DNA of 62,968 bases, filler included, from Chiloscyllium plagiosum (lineage: Eukaryota), in assembly GCF_004010195.1 (NCBI RefSeq). It is 4 parts of one record of this genome, joined end to end, with 100 filler letters (N's around TTAATTAATTAA, not from the genome) between each part and the next. Parts side by side here need not be neighbours in the genome. Positions count along the whole stretch, not along the records: positions 1 to 15,721 come from NC_057715.1; positions 15,822 to 30,232 come from NC_057715.1; 2 more parts are not named here. The stretch is one strand, 5' to 3'. Made by a program: the position numbers and the translations under genes. The notes beneath the pieces are model-generated. The model was not told the origin of the DNA. It made no database searches and saw only the letters and a list, made by a program, of their open reading frames with translations. This document shows positions 11,622-25,629 of this stretch, piece after piece (within the stretch, counting starts at the first letter, position 1; each line of letters starts with the position of its first letter).

Positions 11622-13995
11622 TACTCCTGCTCAAAACAACTAGCAAAGTTAGGATCTGGGAAGGAAAGCCAAAGGAGACTGTATTTTTGGATACAACACA
11701 GAGGGAAGAACCAATTTTAGAGGATTCTGAATTGGACATTCCTCATGTTAAATTGGACAATGAGGAAGTTGTCGAAAATTGGGATAAATTATTGAGTTAC
11801 CTTCCAGAGAAAAATCAAAATGACCTGAGAGAGTTATTACTATTACACGGGCAGATGTGTGGAAATAAGCTGGGAAGTACAAACCTAATGCCTGACATAG
11901 ATATAGGAGATGTTGTTCCGATTAAGTAACATCCTTATAGGCATAACCCTCTGAAGTTGGTACAGGTTCAAAAAGAGGTTGAACGCATACTCCAAGACAA
12001 CATAATCAAATTTAGTTACAGTGGCTGGAGCTCACCCACAATAATGGTTCCAAAACCAGATGGTGTTCAACAGTTACGTGTGGACTATCGCAAAGTCAAT
12101 GCAGTTATGAACATTGATGCATATCCAATTCTGCATTTGGAAGACTGTGTTGAGAAGGTGAGCCCAGCAACTTATATTTCTAAGTTGGACTTGCTCAGAG
12201 AATACTGGCAGGTACCTTTGTCAGAAAGAGCGAAAGCAATTTTGGCTTTCATAATGTCTGATGGACTGTATCAGTTTAAGGTCATACTGTTTGGTATGAA
12301 AAATGTGCCAGCTACATTTCAAAGACTAAGCAATAAAGTCATTGCCAGATTACTCAATTGTGTCGTATATTGTGGTGATGACCTGGTGATTTCTAGTCAC
12401 ACATGGAAGGAACATTTGCAGCATTTATCATACTTGTTTGATCGACTTTGGAAGGCAGGCTTGGTGATAAACCTGGCTAAAAGTGAATTTGCCAAAGCAC
12501 AAGTCACTTTCCTGGGCCATGTTATTAGACATGGACAAACAGCCCCATGGGATGCAAAACCAAAGGTAATTGGGGAGTTTCCCATATCATCGACAAAAAG
12601 AGCAATACTATTGAGTGGATTTTATCAAACTTCATCCAAATTTTAGCAGTGTGGCTGCTCCACTCACTGCATTGCTAAAGAAAGGCAAGACGTTTCAGTG
12701 GATAGCTGACTGTCAGAAGATATTTGACAGCCTGAAAGCTCTGTTAACCATTGCTCCAGTATTAGCCGCACCTAATTACACAAAGCCATTCAAGGTGGCT
12801 ATCAATGCATGTGATGTGGGTGTCGGTGCTGTGTTCTTGCAGGAAGATGATGAGAAGATAGTAAGACCTATTGGGTATTTCTCCCAAGAAATTGAACATT
12901 CATCAGCAAAAATATTTGACAGTTGAGAAAGAGACTTTGAGCTTGGTGTTGGCATTACAACATTTCAATATTACATTACCGTTAACGTATCTGAGACAAT
13001 CATATACACTGATCATAACCCATTGAAGTTTGTGGAGAAATTTAAGGACAAAAATGCCAGATTGTTTAGATGGAGCTTGTTGTTACAGCCAATCAATTAG
13101 AAAATTGTGCATGTGGCAGGACAAGAAAACGTGATTGCTGACGCATTGTGGAGACTGAGATGAGAAAGGAGGCACTCAGTGGAAGGAGTAAATCAGTTTG
13201 AAAGAGAATGTAGTTATGCATGTTTGCACATTTATAATCGATGTAATATATGTGTGTGTATGCTATAGAGCACAAACAGTTTAGGACTAAGAGGTTTTAA
13301 AATGAAGCCATCTTTAGATATGATGGTTCATTGTTTTGGGAGGGGGGAGGGGAGGTACAATGATGCTGCTCCTTTATCAAGGTTATGTTGTCCTTGGGTT
13401 TTTCTCAGGAAGTTATTAAAACACATGTTCTGAAAAGTCTAGGCTTGGATGGGTATTAGGGCCAATTTGACTATAGCTAACAGACACTGCCTCAGGAAAA
13501 GGGCTTTCAAGTCTTTTTTTTAAAAAAACATACTTGTACAATGAGAGGGGAATGGCCAGTTCTCCCAGCGCAGGCTTTCTCTGGTTTGATTTGGTTTTTG
13601 GCAGTTTGGCTATTCACTGAAAGCAGTCAGGCAGTTTTAAAGTTGCTAGACTCAAAGAGGCAGGGCCATGCTGATCCTCCTCTCTCTCTGATATCTCTCC
13701 TATAAGACCCTGAATTTGATTTTACCTTTTGTGCCAAGGGGTGGAATTGTTGCAAGTATTTGGAACACCATCATTGCATTGGGATGATCTGTTGGGTTTG
13801 GGGAGAGGTTAAGTTATTCAGTACTCTGTTCTCTTTTGTTTGTGTTTCGTTGGGAATCTTGTAAACAAATTCGGTTTTGTTTAAAACTAAGTGGTTTGAC
13901 TAACTGCATCCCTCCTGGAATAAAACAACTAGTGAAGTTCGGATCTGAGCTACTCTCTTGAAATGTTTTGAGGGGGTCTGTCCTGGTCCAAAACA
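11622..13995 (+). mobile_element. Gmr1-like Gypsy LTR retrotransposon, 3' portion (RT-RNase H-PPT-LTR)
   Basis: RT (WSSP, VDYRKVN, LDL...YWQ, FGMKN, DDLV) at 11957-12646; RNase H remnants to about 13160; then directly a polypurine tract (13339-13355) and an LTR (13356-13995). No integrase downstream of RNase H. Confidence 0.85.
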
Positions 13996-14982
13996 TCAGG
14001 AAACATTCTTGTTTTCATTTTTTCCATACTTTCACATCCTTCCTAAAGTGCAGTGCCCATAACTGAGCACAATACTTTAGCTGAGGCCAAACTTGCATTT
14101 TTTACTAATCCAACATAACCTCTTCTTTTTGGTTTGTTTCTAATGTCCATGTGATTTCTTCTCCAGAATTGCACACACACAGTATCCTGGAGATTGATTT
14201 ATGGAGATGCCTGGCCAATCCTGGAGAGTCGGGACCCTACAACGATGTGTATAATAGGAAGATCTATCATTTCCTAAAAATGCTTTCCTGAATCTGTTAT
14301 TTTTTTGTTCTTTTGGTGACTGCTTTATCATCTTCATTCCTTCTGAACAACTTGACTAACAAAGAAGTCAAAGGGCATTGGGGATCCTCAGGAAAATGAA
14401 TCAATCAGATCAAGCATACTCTTACTGAATGGTAGAGCAGGCTAGAGGGGCTGAATAGCCTACTCACACTTCTAATTCATACGTCTGTGTATGTTTATAT
14501 GGAATTCCAGTGCATCGAGCCGAACTGACTGAAGGGACATGCACTGCTCGGGTGGTGGGGCATGCCAAAATCTGAGATAGAATTGTTGGATTGAAAGGCT
14601 GGGACAGCCCTAGTGATTCGAGTGTGATACTGGAAAAGCACAGCAGGTCAGGCAGCATCCGAGGAGCAGGAGAATTGACGTTTCAGGCCAGAGCCCTTCA
14701 TCATCGCAGGATACACTGGCGCTGCTGGATTCCCTATCAGACATGTTACCTACCTTGAACGTCATTTCCGTCCCCGTAGTTGGTGCCGCAACAGTTGCTT
14801 CTGCCACCACTGACATCAGCAGCCGATTACCCTAAACTAACGTTGCCTTCCCGCCTGCGATGTCACTTCCGCCCCTGTTAACTCTACCATCAGCACCACT
14901 TCCGCCCCCTTTGTAAGCATTACTTCCTTTGGGGACGTCACTACTGACCCCATAACCACATATACTCAAGCCACTATCTCCA

Positions 14983-15112
14983 CCCCCACCTCAAATTCCA
15001 GCCCCATCCCAGGTCCTAGCTTACATCCCACCTCAAACTCCAGCCCCACCCAGGTCCTAGCCACCATCTCACCTCAAACTCCAGCCCCACCCCAGGTCCC
15101 AGCTCACATCCC
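14983..15112 (+). repeat. About 42-bp tandem repeat, 3 copies, inside the PLE
   Basis: Unit approximately cccacctcaaactccagccccacccaggtcctagc... repeated three times. Confidence 0.75.
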
Positions 15113-15526
15113 TGCCATGTCTTCACCATTCCCCCAGACCTCCCCCTCACTGAGGACAAATGTTTAGTCCTCAGTAAACGCGCCACCTTTATCCCTCCGC
15201 AGTCCCAGATTAATGAGTTCAACACACGCTGCAACCTTGAACATTTCTTCTGCCGCCTCCGTGCCTACTTTTTTAACCAAAACACCCACCCAATCACCCA
15301 AGACCCCTTCTCCCACCTCCAACACTTCACATCCACCTGAACACCCCGTGCTGGTCTGCTACCTGCCCTTGACCTCTTTACTTCAAACTGAAACCGTGAC
15401 ATCGACCGCCTGAACCTGTCCAACCGCCTCACCCACTCCAACCTCTCGCCCTCACAACGCACAGCCCTCTGCTCCAACCCCAACATCAAAACAGCTGATA
15501 AAGGGGGTGCAGTGGTAATTTGGCAT

Positions 15527-17134
15527 ATTAAGACCATAAGACCATAAGACATAGGAGTGGAAGTAAGGCCATTCGGCCCATCGAGTCCACTCCACCATTC
15601 AATCATGGCTGATGCGCATTTCAGCTCCACTTACCAGCATTCTCCCCATAGCCCTTAATTCCTCGAGACAACAAGAATCTATCAATCTCGGCCTTCAACT
15701 GGACTTCATTGAGTTGTAGAANNNNNNNNNNNNNNNNNNNNNNNNNNNNNNNNNNNNNNNNNNNNTTAATTAATTAANNNNNNNNNNNNNNNNNNNNNNN
15801 NNNNNNNNNNNNNNNNNNNNNTGCCATTCTGAAAAAGAACTTTTTATCCCAACTCTCTGCCTTCTGTTAGACAGCCAATCCTTAATCCATCCCAGCAGCT
15901 CACCTCGAACACCATGGGCCCTCACCTTGCTCAGCCGCCTCCCGTGTGGCACCTTATCAAAGGCCTTTTGAAAGTCTAGATAGACCCCATCCACTGGGTT
16001 TCCCTGGTCTAACCTACTTGTTACCTCTTCAAAAAATTCCAACAGGTTTGTCAGGCATGACCTCCCTTTACTAAATCCATGTTGACTTGTTCTAATCAGA
16101 CTCTGTTCTTCCAAGAATTTAGAAACCTCATCCTTCATGATGGATTCTAGAATTTTACCAACAACCGAGGTTAAGCTGATTGGCCTATAATTTTCCATCT
16201 TTTGCCTTGATCCTTTCTTGAACAAGGGGGTTACAACAGCCATCTTCCAATCATCCGGTACCTTTCCTGACTCCAGTGACTCTTGAAAGATCTCAACCAA
16301 TGCCTCTGCTATTTCCTCCGCCACCTCTCTCAGAACTCTAGGGTGTATCCCATCGGGGCCAGGAGATTTATCACTTTTAAGACTTTTTAACTTTTCTAGC
16401 ACTGTCTCTTTCGTAATGGCAACCATACTCAACTCAGCCCCGTGACACCCTTTAATTTTTGGGATATTACTCATGTCTTCCACTGTGAATACTGACGCAA
16501 AGTACTTGTTAAGTTCTCCTGCTATTTCCTTATCTCCCATCACTCGGCTTCCTGCATCAGTTTGAAGTGGCCCAATGTCTACTTTTGCCTGTCGTTTGTT
16601 TCTTATGTACTGAAAGAAACTTTTACTATTATTTCTAATATTATTGGCTAGCCTACCTTCATATTTGATCCTCTCATTTCTTATTACACTCTTTGTTATC
16701 CTCTGTTTGCTTTTGTATCCTTCCCAATCTTCTGATTTCCCACTGTTCTTAGCCATTTTATAGGATCTCTCTTTTTCTTTAATACATTTCCTGGCTTCCT
16801 TTGTCAGCCAAGGTTGTCTAATCCCTCCCCGGTTAATCTTTCTTTTCTTGGGAATGAACCTCTGTACAGTGTCCTCAATTATACCTACACACTCCTGCCA
16901 TTTTTGCTCTACTGTCTTCCCGGTTAGCCTCTGCTTCCAGTCTATTTTGGTCAGTTCCTCTCTCATGCCCTCATAATTACCTTTATTCAACTGTAACACC
17001 ATTACATCCGATTTTGCCTTCTCCCTTTCAAACTCCAGACTGAACTCTATCATATTACGGTCGCTACTTCCTAAGGGTCCCCTTACTTTAAGATCTTTTA
17101 TAGAGTCTGGTTCATTGCAAAGCACTAGGTCCAG
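15527..17134 (-). mobile_element. Young CR1 LINE (ORF2 endonuclease end to RT; interrupted by assembly gap)
   Basis: Open 451-aa ORF with SPGPDGIHPRVL, NYRPISLTS, YLDFQKAFDKVPH; (taagacca)n tail at 15527-15550. Confidence 0.95.
15722..15821. other. Artificial 100-nt scaffold gap (44N-TTAATTAATTAA-44N)
   Basis: The identical construct recurs at 30233-30332 and 48947-49046. Confidence 0.95.
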
Positions 17135-18380
17135 ACCTCTACACCGTTGAAGCCAGGCGCCAACTCGAAAACATCTCCTCTTACCGCCCCATCGACCATG
17201 ACCTCACCCTCCATCACCAAACCCCTTACTTTAAGATCTTTTATAGAGTCTGGTTCATTGCAAAGCACTAGGTCCAGACCTCTACACCGTTGAAGCCAGG
17301 CGCCAACTCGAAAACATCTCCTCTTACCGCCCCATCGACCATGACCGCACCCTCCCATCACCAAACCATCATCTCCCAGACCATACACAACCTCATTGCC
17401 TCAGGGGATCTCCCACCCACAGCTTCCGACCTCATTGTTTGGGAACCCCAAACCACCCGATTCTACCTCCTACCCAAGATCTACAAGCCTGACTACCCCG
17501 GCCGATCTATCATCTCAGCCTGCTCCTGCCCCATCAAACCCATCTCCAACAACCTCGATACTGTCCTATCCTCCCTGGTCCAGGAACCCCCCACATACGT
17601 TTGGGACACCACCCACACCTTCCACGTCCTCCAAGACTGGTTTCCCCGGCCCCCAATGCCTCACCTTCACCATGGACATCCTGTCCCTCTACACCTCCAT
17701 CTGCCATGACCAGGGCCTCCAAGCCCTCCATTTCTTCCTCTCAAGACGTCCCCAACAGTACCTTTCCACTGACACTCTCATTCGTTTGGCTGAACTGTCC
17801 TCACCCTCAACAATTTCTCCTTCCAGTCTTCCTATTTCCTCCAGATGAAAGGAGTAGCCAAGGGGACCCATGTGGGACCCAGCTATGCCTGTCTCTTTGT
17901 CGGTTACGTAGAACAGTCCATCTTCAGGAGTTACACCGGCACCACTCACCACCTCTTCCTCCGCTACATTGATGACTGCATCGGCGCCACCTCGTGCTCC
18001 CACCAGGAGGTCGAACAGTTCATCAATTTCACAAACACATTCCACCCTGACCTTAAATTCACCTGGATCATCTGACACCTCCCTCCCCTTTCTAGACCTC
18101 TCCATTTCCATCCACGAGGACCGACATTCCTGATGAAGGGACCTGGTTTGAAACGTCGATTTTCCTGCTCCTTGGATACTGCCTGATCTGTTCTTTTCCA
18201 GCAACACATTCTCGACTCTGATTTCCAGCATCTGCAGACCTCACTTTCTCCCAGCCCTTGTAAGTGGCTTCTGGTTTGGTTTTCATATAAGCCATTTCTC
18301 CGTGTAGCATGGGTGCCCTCTACAGGCAAATAATTTAATAATATGCGTTAGAGAACTATTTCATACATTTTTGCTAAACA

Positions 18381-18560
18381 AGAAAATCGACGTTTCGGGC
18401 AAAAGCCTTCATCATGAATAGAGCTCTATTCCTGATGAAGGGCTTTTGCCCGAGACGTCGATTTTCCTGCTCCTCGGATGCTGCCTGAACTGCTGTGCTT
18501 TTCCAGCACCACTCTAATCTAGACTCTGGTTTCCAGCATCTGCAGTCCTTGTTTTTACCC
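18381..18560. mobile_element. Short fold-back PLE terminal-repeat insertion with hammerhead remnants on both strands
   Basis: gaaaatcgacgtttcgggcaaaagcc...ttcatca / ctgatgaagggcttttgcccgagacgtcgatttt; TSD atttttg(c/t)taaaca at 18367-18380 and 18561-18574. Confidence 0.85.
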
Positions 18561-20104
18561 ATTTTTGTTAAACAGCACTTTATACATAATAAAATGGCCC
18601 AAGGAGGGTTTAAAAGGAAATCTGACATTGATCCGAATAAGATGTTCAGGTTGATCTCCTAAAGCTTCGTCAAGGAGATTATTTTCTGTTTTAAAGTAGG
18701 AAAGGGATGTACAGAAATGGTGAGGTTTGTGGAAGGAGTTCTAAAAGTTAGGACTCAGACAGCAAAAGGCACAGTAGTGAACTGATTAGAATTGGTGGTG
18801 CTCCAGAAGCTAAAATTAGAAAATCAGAGATATCTTTGGAAGATTTTCTGTCTGAACAGATTAAGGAGAGACAGAGTGGCAAGGCAGTAAGCTGAGTGGT
18901 TGTGAGCTGCCTTCTTGAATTACTGGAGTCTAAGTATCCTCGCAGTATCCTTGAGCTAACCTTCCTGGAGTAGACAAGTCTCACTTTTTTATTCACTTGT
19001 GGGCATTGTTGGCTGGTCAGCATTTACTACCCATCACTAGTTGCCCTTGAGAAAGATGGTGGTGAGCAGCCTTCTTGAGCCACTGCAGTCAATGTGCCGT
19101 AAGTAGAGCCACAAAACCTTTAGGGAGGGAATTCCAGGATTTTCACCCAGCAAAACTGAAGGAACAACAATATATTTCCAAGTCAGGATGGTGAATGGCT
19201 TGGAAGGGGATTGCAGGGGGTGGTGTTCCCATGTCTTCTGTAAAATATATGGGGCCTTCTAGGAAGGGTAATAATGTGTTTGGATAGAGCTATGTAAGAA
19301 TCTTTAGTGAATTTCTGCAGAGCATCTTGTAGATGCTATGCATGGCTACTATCAATGATGGAGGATGCCTGTGGTTTTTATCTATTTTATTTTTTCACAG
19401 GATCTGGTAATGAGGAAGTTACAATGTTCTTTACTTCTCTTTCTGTGCACATTGGGACCTTTTGAGTCAAAAATCCCACTACCAAAGGACTTACTGCAAC
19501 AGCAACTGAAAGCCTGTATTCTTTCAATGCACACATGTGGATTCCCCCATTCCATGCAAGAAAGCCTAGACAAGATCTTTGTCCTTTCCAGACAGGACTA
19601 ATAGGCCTGCCCCCAACCCACTTAACTGCCGCCCTCTCCCAATTGTCTTACTTCCCCTCCATTTTAGCATAGGTATGCAAATCCTCATTCACTTTCCCTC
19701 CCTATTAACATCGGGATGTGAATTCCCCCTCATTTCCCTCCCCTCCATATTAGCATAGGTATGTGAGTACCCCATTTTTAGCAGGCAAAACCTTTCTGCT
19801 TTAATTTCTTTCCATCAATACATATCATGGAAGATACGATCATTGGTTTCTAAAGTCCATTCACACATTATCACAGGACATCAACATTCATCGGGTTTTG
19901 TAAATTCATAATTACCTACTTTAAATTATGTGATGACAATCATCCATGTAACTGATCAGTTTTTCAATTTCTATAAAATATACTGTCTCTGGGTGTAAGG
20001 CAGAGACTTGTGAGGAAGATGCTTTGAATCTCTAGCCAGCTGTCTAATAATAAAGCTACTGCTGTTATACAGAAAACTTGTGTTGTCCAGATTTGCAGAA
20101 CAAA

Positions 20105-20425
20105 GCAGACATCAACAGTTAGGCCAGCATTTATTACCCATCCCCAATTGCACAGGGCAGTTGAGGTTCAAGCACATTGCTGTGGGTCTGGAGTCACATG
20201 TAGACCAGCAGTTTCCTTCCCAAAAGGGTATCTGTGAACCAGATGGGAATTTTCCCGACAACTGGCAACAATTGCATGGTCATCAGACATTTGATTCCAG
20301 ATTTTTATTGAAATTAAATTCCATAAGCTGCACAGCAGGATTCGAAACCTGATCTTCAGAATATTACCTGAGTCTCTCAATCAATAATCTCACAATAATA
20401 CTGCTGCACCATCACTTCCCCCAAT
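20105..20425 (-). mobile_element. tRNA-derived SINE with L2-type tail
   Basis: Reverse complement of the element at 41829-42168 (gtgggtctggagtcacatgtag..., attcgaaacc). Confidence 0.7.
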
Positions 20426-23400
20426 AGGGTACTAGCAGTTTGGAACTCCCTTAAAATGGCAGTTGATGCTAGATCAATTGTTAGTCTAAAATCGGAGATA
20501 AATAAATTTTGTAGTCATAGGTATCAAGTGATAAGGCAGCACTGCAGAGCTTAGATCTGAACCATTGAATGCAGGGTCACTTAGTTCAGTCTATGAGTTA
20601 CTGCTTATTCTGTTTGGCCCACACCCCACAGATGCCTAGTCTTGAATTGTTAGATCTGTTTATCACCATGAAAAATGGTGACTGATGACACACAAGATAG
20701 AGCGTAGTCTCAATGTGAAGGTGGGACTTCGTCTCCACAAGGATGGTCCAGTGATCACTCATAGCAATATTGGCATAGATTCATTTTTGCAGGCAGATTA
20801 CTGAGGATGAGGTCGTATATGATTCTCCCTCATTATACACTAATAGAATTATACAGCACAGATTCAATCAGGTCGATCAGTAGCGTTGCTGCCAAGCTAA
20901 TCTGGGTGGGTATTTCTGTATCCATCACCAAAAGTACATTCTACAACCCTGCTACCCTCAATGCTTAATAGGAGCGTGGAGGAGTATGGATTCATCAGTC
21001 AGAGTCAGAGAATTATACAGTAGAGAAACAGACCAGCAGAAATGGTCCAACTCATCCATGCTAACTAGATATCCTAAACTAATCCCATTTGTCATTCCTC
21101 AGCCCATCGAATTAAGCTCCCATTCTACTCAAACATAACTGTCTTCTCTGTCCACTATGTCGCCAATTTTAGTGTCATTTGCAAACTTACAAACCATACC
21201 TATACAATAATATCCAATTTTAAAAATAATATGTGGCACTGATGCTCTTGGTCTCACAGTCAACAGAGTACACTATGTGATGATCACCAGGAGATAGCCT
21301 TGCCCATGTTTAACCTGACATCAAGAGATTTCATAGTGTTCACTGTCAATGTTGAAGACACCAGAGCAACTTCCTACCTGCTGCATACCAACACTTCTGC
21401 TTGACCTATACTATTGATTGGCCAGGACATATCAAGGAATAGTGAGTGTCGTTTGGGACATTATCTCGCTTTGTCTCGCTAACACTCTACTGACAAACAG
21501 TTACTCTCTCAGGTCTACACCATTTCTTTGCTAGGGAGGTGCTCACATCCCACATGCCATTGATGGCTTATACACATTAGTTGTTATAAGTCAGTTTCCA
21601 AAACACTACTGATTCTTTACCAGCTGGCTAGGGAGATGAAATATACAAATTTTAGGGAACTTTTTCTTGCTTCTTCCTCCTACTACAAGGAAGCAGTTTG
21701 ACCCTGAGAAGTACTGATCACGTTGCTTTTGCCTGCTGAGTGCCACTTTGGTTTACTTACACTGAAAACTAACTACTACTCCCTCTCACAGTAGGGTTCA
21801 TCCAACTTTTGGATTAGATCACCCTATATTGGTCCTTACTTTTACCAAGCTCACACTTGGGAATCTAAGTTGTGATCAAGAAGTCTCAATAGCCAAACCC
21901 CAATAAATTTGCAATTGGCAGGTCAAGCTCGGTGAGGGTATCCATCAGTTGCTGAATTATGAAGACTGATTCTGGTGGCCTGTGCAGTTTATACAAATCT
22001 AAAATCCAACGGTTGTGAAGGTAAATAAGCACCACGTTATGGAGTATTAAGCTCAAAAAGACGACATCCTGCAAATTGTGTTTAGCTAACTTCCTTTAGT
22101 TTCATTTTAAAAGGTAATAGATCGGTTCATGAGGGCAATACTGTTGGAAATTTGTATTGTGAACTATGAGGATAATACAGAGCAGTTGATAAAATGAACA
22201 GATGTGTGGCTGTTGAAATTTAGTGCAGTGAATTACGAAGTAATTAATTTTGGTAGAAAGATTATGCACAGGCAACATAAAACAAATGGTACAATTCCAA
22301 CTTGAATCAACACCGTTCATGAAACCCTGGTCATATGTGCTAACATCAGCTCAGTAGCTCAATCCATTGTCCTGTAAAGTGCACAGGATAGTTTCCTGTG
22401 TAAAGATGCAATGTCAATGCAAGTTCTTATAGGATAATCACTAACTTTCACAAATTATAAGATAATGGAATACTGTCTAATCAATCACATTAAAATTACC
22501 AGTGAACAAAGTAGATTTGATTTCAACAGTTTCTAAGAGACCACAGCCAGATAAAACCAGTATTCACACTTAAAACCTTTTTCCACTCCCAAAAGGGTGG
22601 AATGTCATATTACAGGAGTAGCTGTTCATTGGAACAGAAGTTCAAATCTCCAACAGGGCAGTTTGAAAAAAAATCTAGTATCAGTAAAGTATCTTTGAAG
22701 CTGTTAGACGGTCAGAAAATATATCTATACACTTTGGTACCGTGTGTAATTTCAGTCGAATACGAATATAGATGATTCTCAACTCAAAATGGTCTCTCAA
22801 AATCAAATATTGTACCAAACAGCTACCAATAGTTCAAGATCTACCATTATCTTCTAAGGATATATTATTTATGGTCCAAGTACTCAATGGCAGAGATAGA
22901 ATGCTTCAGAGCTAGCTTCAGCAAACATCCAGATCAAAACGATGACAGACTTGGAGGGCAACACAGACAATGGTATTCTATGCTTCAGTGCCTTTGCCCA
23001 TTAAGTGGGCTTGAGGAATGAACAACATTTTGATCAGTTGTTGATTGCATGCCATATTTCCCCACATTCTGTCAAGATAACCCTTCAAAAGAGTACTTTC
23101 ACTGGCTGTTGGGCACTTCTGAGAAATCCCAAGTCACAAAAGGGGCTGTGTAGATGAACACGTTTGAGACTTTTTTTTTCAAAGGACACACAAAGGGACA
23201 ATGCTGCTCCACAAATACTCTCACTTTCACTCATTACACCATTCAGCATTGAAGGGCAAGTTTCTTTAGAGTCATTACAGGCCGATCTACACTGTGACAA
23301 GATTTTAGACAGAACACAAGAGACCGAAGACACTGATTACCGCTGCCTGGGATAGGTCACAAACCCCCCACAATAAATCTTAGACGTTTCCCCTAAATAG

Positions 23401-24876
23401 AGGCAGCCAACTGCTTGCCCACTGCCTTGTTCTATTTTATTCGACCAATATCAGAACAATTTAGAGTGGAGGGTATAAAAATACAATTGCTTTGACTCTA
23501 ACTTGTCGAAGGTTTGCTGTGTGAAACTTTAAAAATAAATAGAATAAAGGAACTGAACAATGCAAACAGTTTCTGCTCTTCCTCCCAAAAAATGTAACCA
23601 GCATCTACAAGGATGTGTGCAGTGTTGGTTAAGTAGACATGTCACTTTGTTGGGATCAATTCTCTTCTGAAAACACTGTTGCTAAAGTTTGATTAGGCTT
23701 AATCTCCAGGTGGGAATCAGTAATACCTCAGAGAGGCCTAGCAATACCAATACAGCTTGGCACTGACAAGAGATGACATCTGTAAAGTGGGATGTCCACC
23801 AGCCAGATGTTAGAAAGAAAACTCCATTGCCATTCTTGGATCAGCACTATTTTGAAGAGCAGAAGAAATTGACAGCAGTGATAGTTTGAACTCATCTACC
23901 ATCACTGGAATTACAGATTCTGATACATTGAAGCTTAACCTCACCTGAACCATGTCCTTGGAGTCACTGAGGGACAATGTGCAGTAGCTGCACTGGTTCA
24001 TTCTCTAGCTCACTGCTCATTACTTTAGTGCAAATGGGCTAGAAACACAAGACAGCCCTCTTTAAAGGTCATCCCAGCAGATTACAATCTGGACCTACAC
24101 AGCCCATTGGAAAATCAAGAGATACTGGCCAAAGTCCACTTCTGCCCAACAGAAAGTGCACAGCTCATGACATCAAACAGTCCAGTCAACAAATTCCTCT
24201 AACTCCCTACTCAAAGTGAGCACAACTCCAAAAGGTTGATTGTTCTGTGGTATCTGGCACAAGGCAACAATCTCAACTGAAAGGCCAAAACTGGTTCGTT
24301 GTCCCCTCTGTTACAGCTCCCCTGAATGATACCAACTATTTCTGCCCCCACGTTCTATAATGGATATTAACAAAGGATAAGTAGTTGTTGACAAAACTTC
24401 ATGTGCAAGGAATAAACAGTATGTGTCACAGCAGTAGGAAGGTTGCACTGTATTTTCTCAAGATAGTCTGTATTTGAACATCTATATTTTCCAAGAATGC
24501 ATCCTTGCTATCCCTTCCAGCCAGTCCTCTAACTATATTGGAAACATGAAAACCCCTTTGCCCACCCACAAACTCCAATCCCTAGGCACCAAATCCATCA
24601 TTTTTCAGTAGAGACAGTCTAAGGTTGGACCAGACCAGTTGAAGTTGTGGCATCACACCTGACCCTTCCACAAAGCTGAAGGCATTGTATAAATGCAAGT
24701 TGCCGCGGCCGAACGAATTTAGAAAATGTGAAGTGCTCCTCCAATCCAAAGGAGAATCAGTGTTGAAGAGGGTGCAATCACAACAAAGATATTTCCACAA
24801 AGTGTTTTTTTTCTCCCCTTTTCTTTGCAAGCATTATCTCAGCAATACAACATAATGCAAAGAAGCACACATGTTC

Positions 24877-25063
24877 TTATTTAATTTTTTTCTTCTTCCC
24901 CAAGGAATCATGAAGCTTGGACACTTCCACCTCAAACAAATCCATAACCAGGGTACCAGATTCATCAAAGAAGTACTCGAGAGACTTGGTGAACTCCCTC
25001 TCCCGCTCCTGGTTGGTTCGCCCATCAATGAAAGTCATCTTCAAGGTGTACTGATCATCAAAC
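24877..25063 (-). CDS. SPCS2: Signal peptidase complex subunit 2, last coding exon
   Basis: (R)[61 protein letters not shown] matches the SPCS2 C-terminus; ttttag acceptor at 25064-25065; phase 2; TAA at 24877-24879. Confidence 0.95.
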
Positions 25064-25494
25064 CTAAAACAGCAGAAATTAATAATATGCAAAATAAAAG
25101 TGAGAAAATAATTCAAAATCAGTTAGTACTTTGCAATTATCCCCACAAACAACTTTCAGTAAAGACTGTTGGTGCAGGGGCATGTGGTTAATCTTTCAAT
25201 GGTTGGCCAGACAAATCAGCTCCGAAACCCCTAATCTCTATAAATAAGCTACGAGCTGCTTGTTAAAATATTGGTGGTAGTGACCAACCATAGCGGCACA
25301 GCCAACGCCCAGCAATATGAAAGATTCTGGTGCATTTGCTGAACCCTTCAGCCTCAAAGAACAAGTCTATTCAGTCAAACAGGGCTACCTCCAACTGCTC
25401 AGTATCATTGCATTCAACCAAAATTATCAACTGAAATAATTAAATAGTTTGAGATTAAAATGAACTTGTTAAAAAGAGAAAATCAATTCAATAC

Positions 25495-25629
25495 CTCCGC
25501 AGAGATGATGAGAGTTGCCAGATGTCACCGGGATCCAATCCAGCTGGGTCTTTCTGTATGGCAATTAAAAATATGCTTCTCTCTTTGTAAGAGGTATAAA
25601 ACGTAAGAATCCCCATCATAACAAAATAG
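25495..25629 (-). CDS. SPCS2: Signal peptidase complex subunit 2, penultimate coding exon (135 nt)
   Basis: [44 protein letters not shown](R); GT donor at 25494-25493; upstream intron ends in AC. Confidence 0.95.

Larger units (their letters stand above)
14606..18253 (+). mobile_element. Penelope-like element (RT region) with inverted 5' terminal repeat, split by a CR1 insertion
   Basis: PLE RT motifs (IKTADKGGAVVIW at about 15485-15522; RFYLLPKIYKP; GVAKGTHVGPSYA; FLRYIDD); hammerhead-bearing 3' repeat at 18127-18253 and an inverted copy at 14606-14705. Confidence 0.9.

Noticed and set aside
15766..15777. TTAATTAATTAA palindrome inside N runs (also 30277-30288 and 48991-49002)
   Set aside because: Identical 44N-12-44N construct three times: an artificial all-frame-stop scaffold linker, not biology.
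21500..24830. Short ORFs in the repeat-poor stretch downstream of SPCS2
   Set aside because: No recognisable domains or consistent splice signals; likely SPCS2 3' UTR or intergenic DNA.
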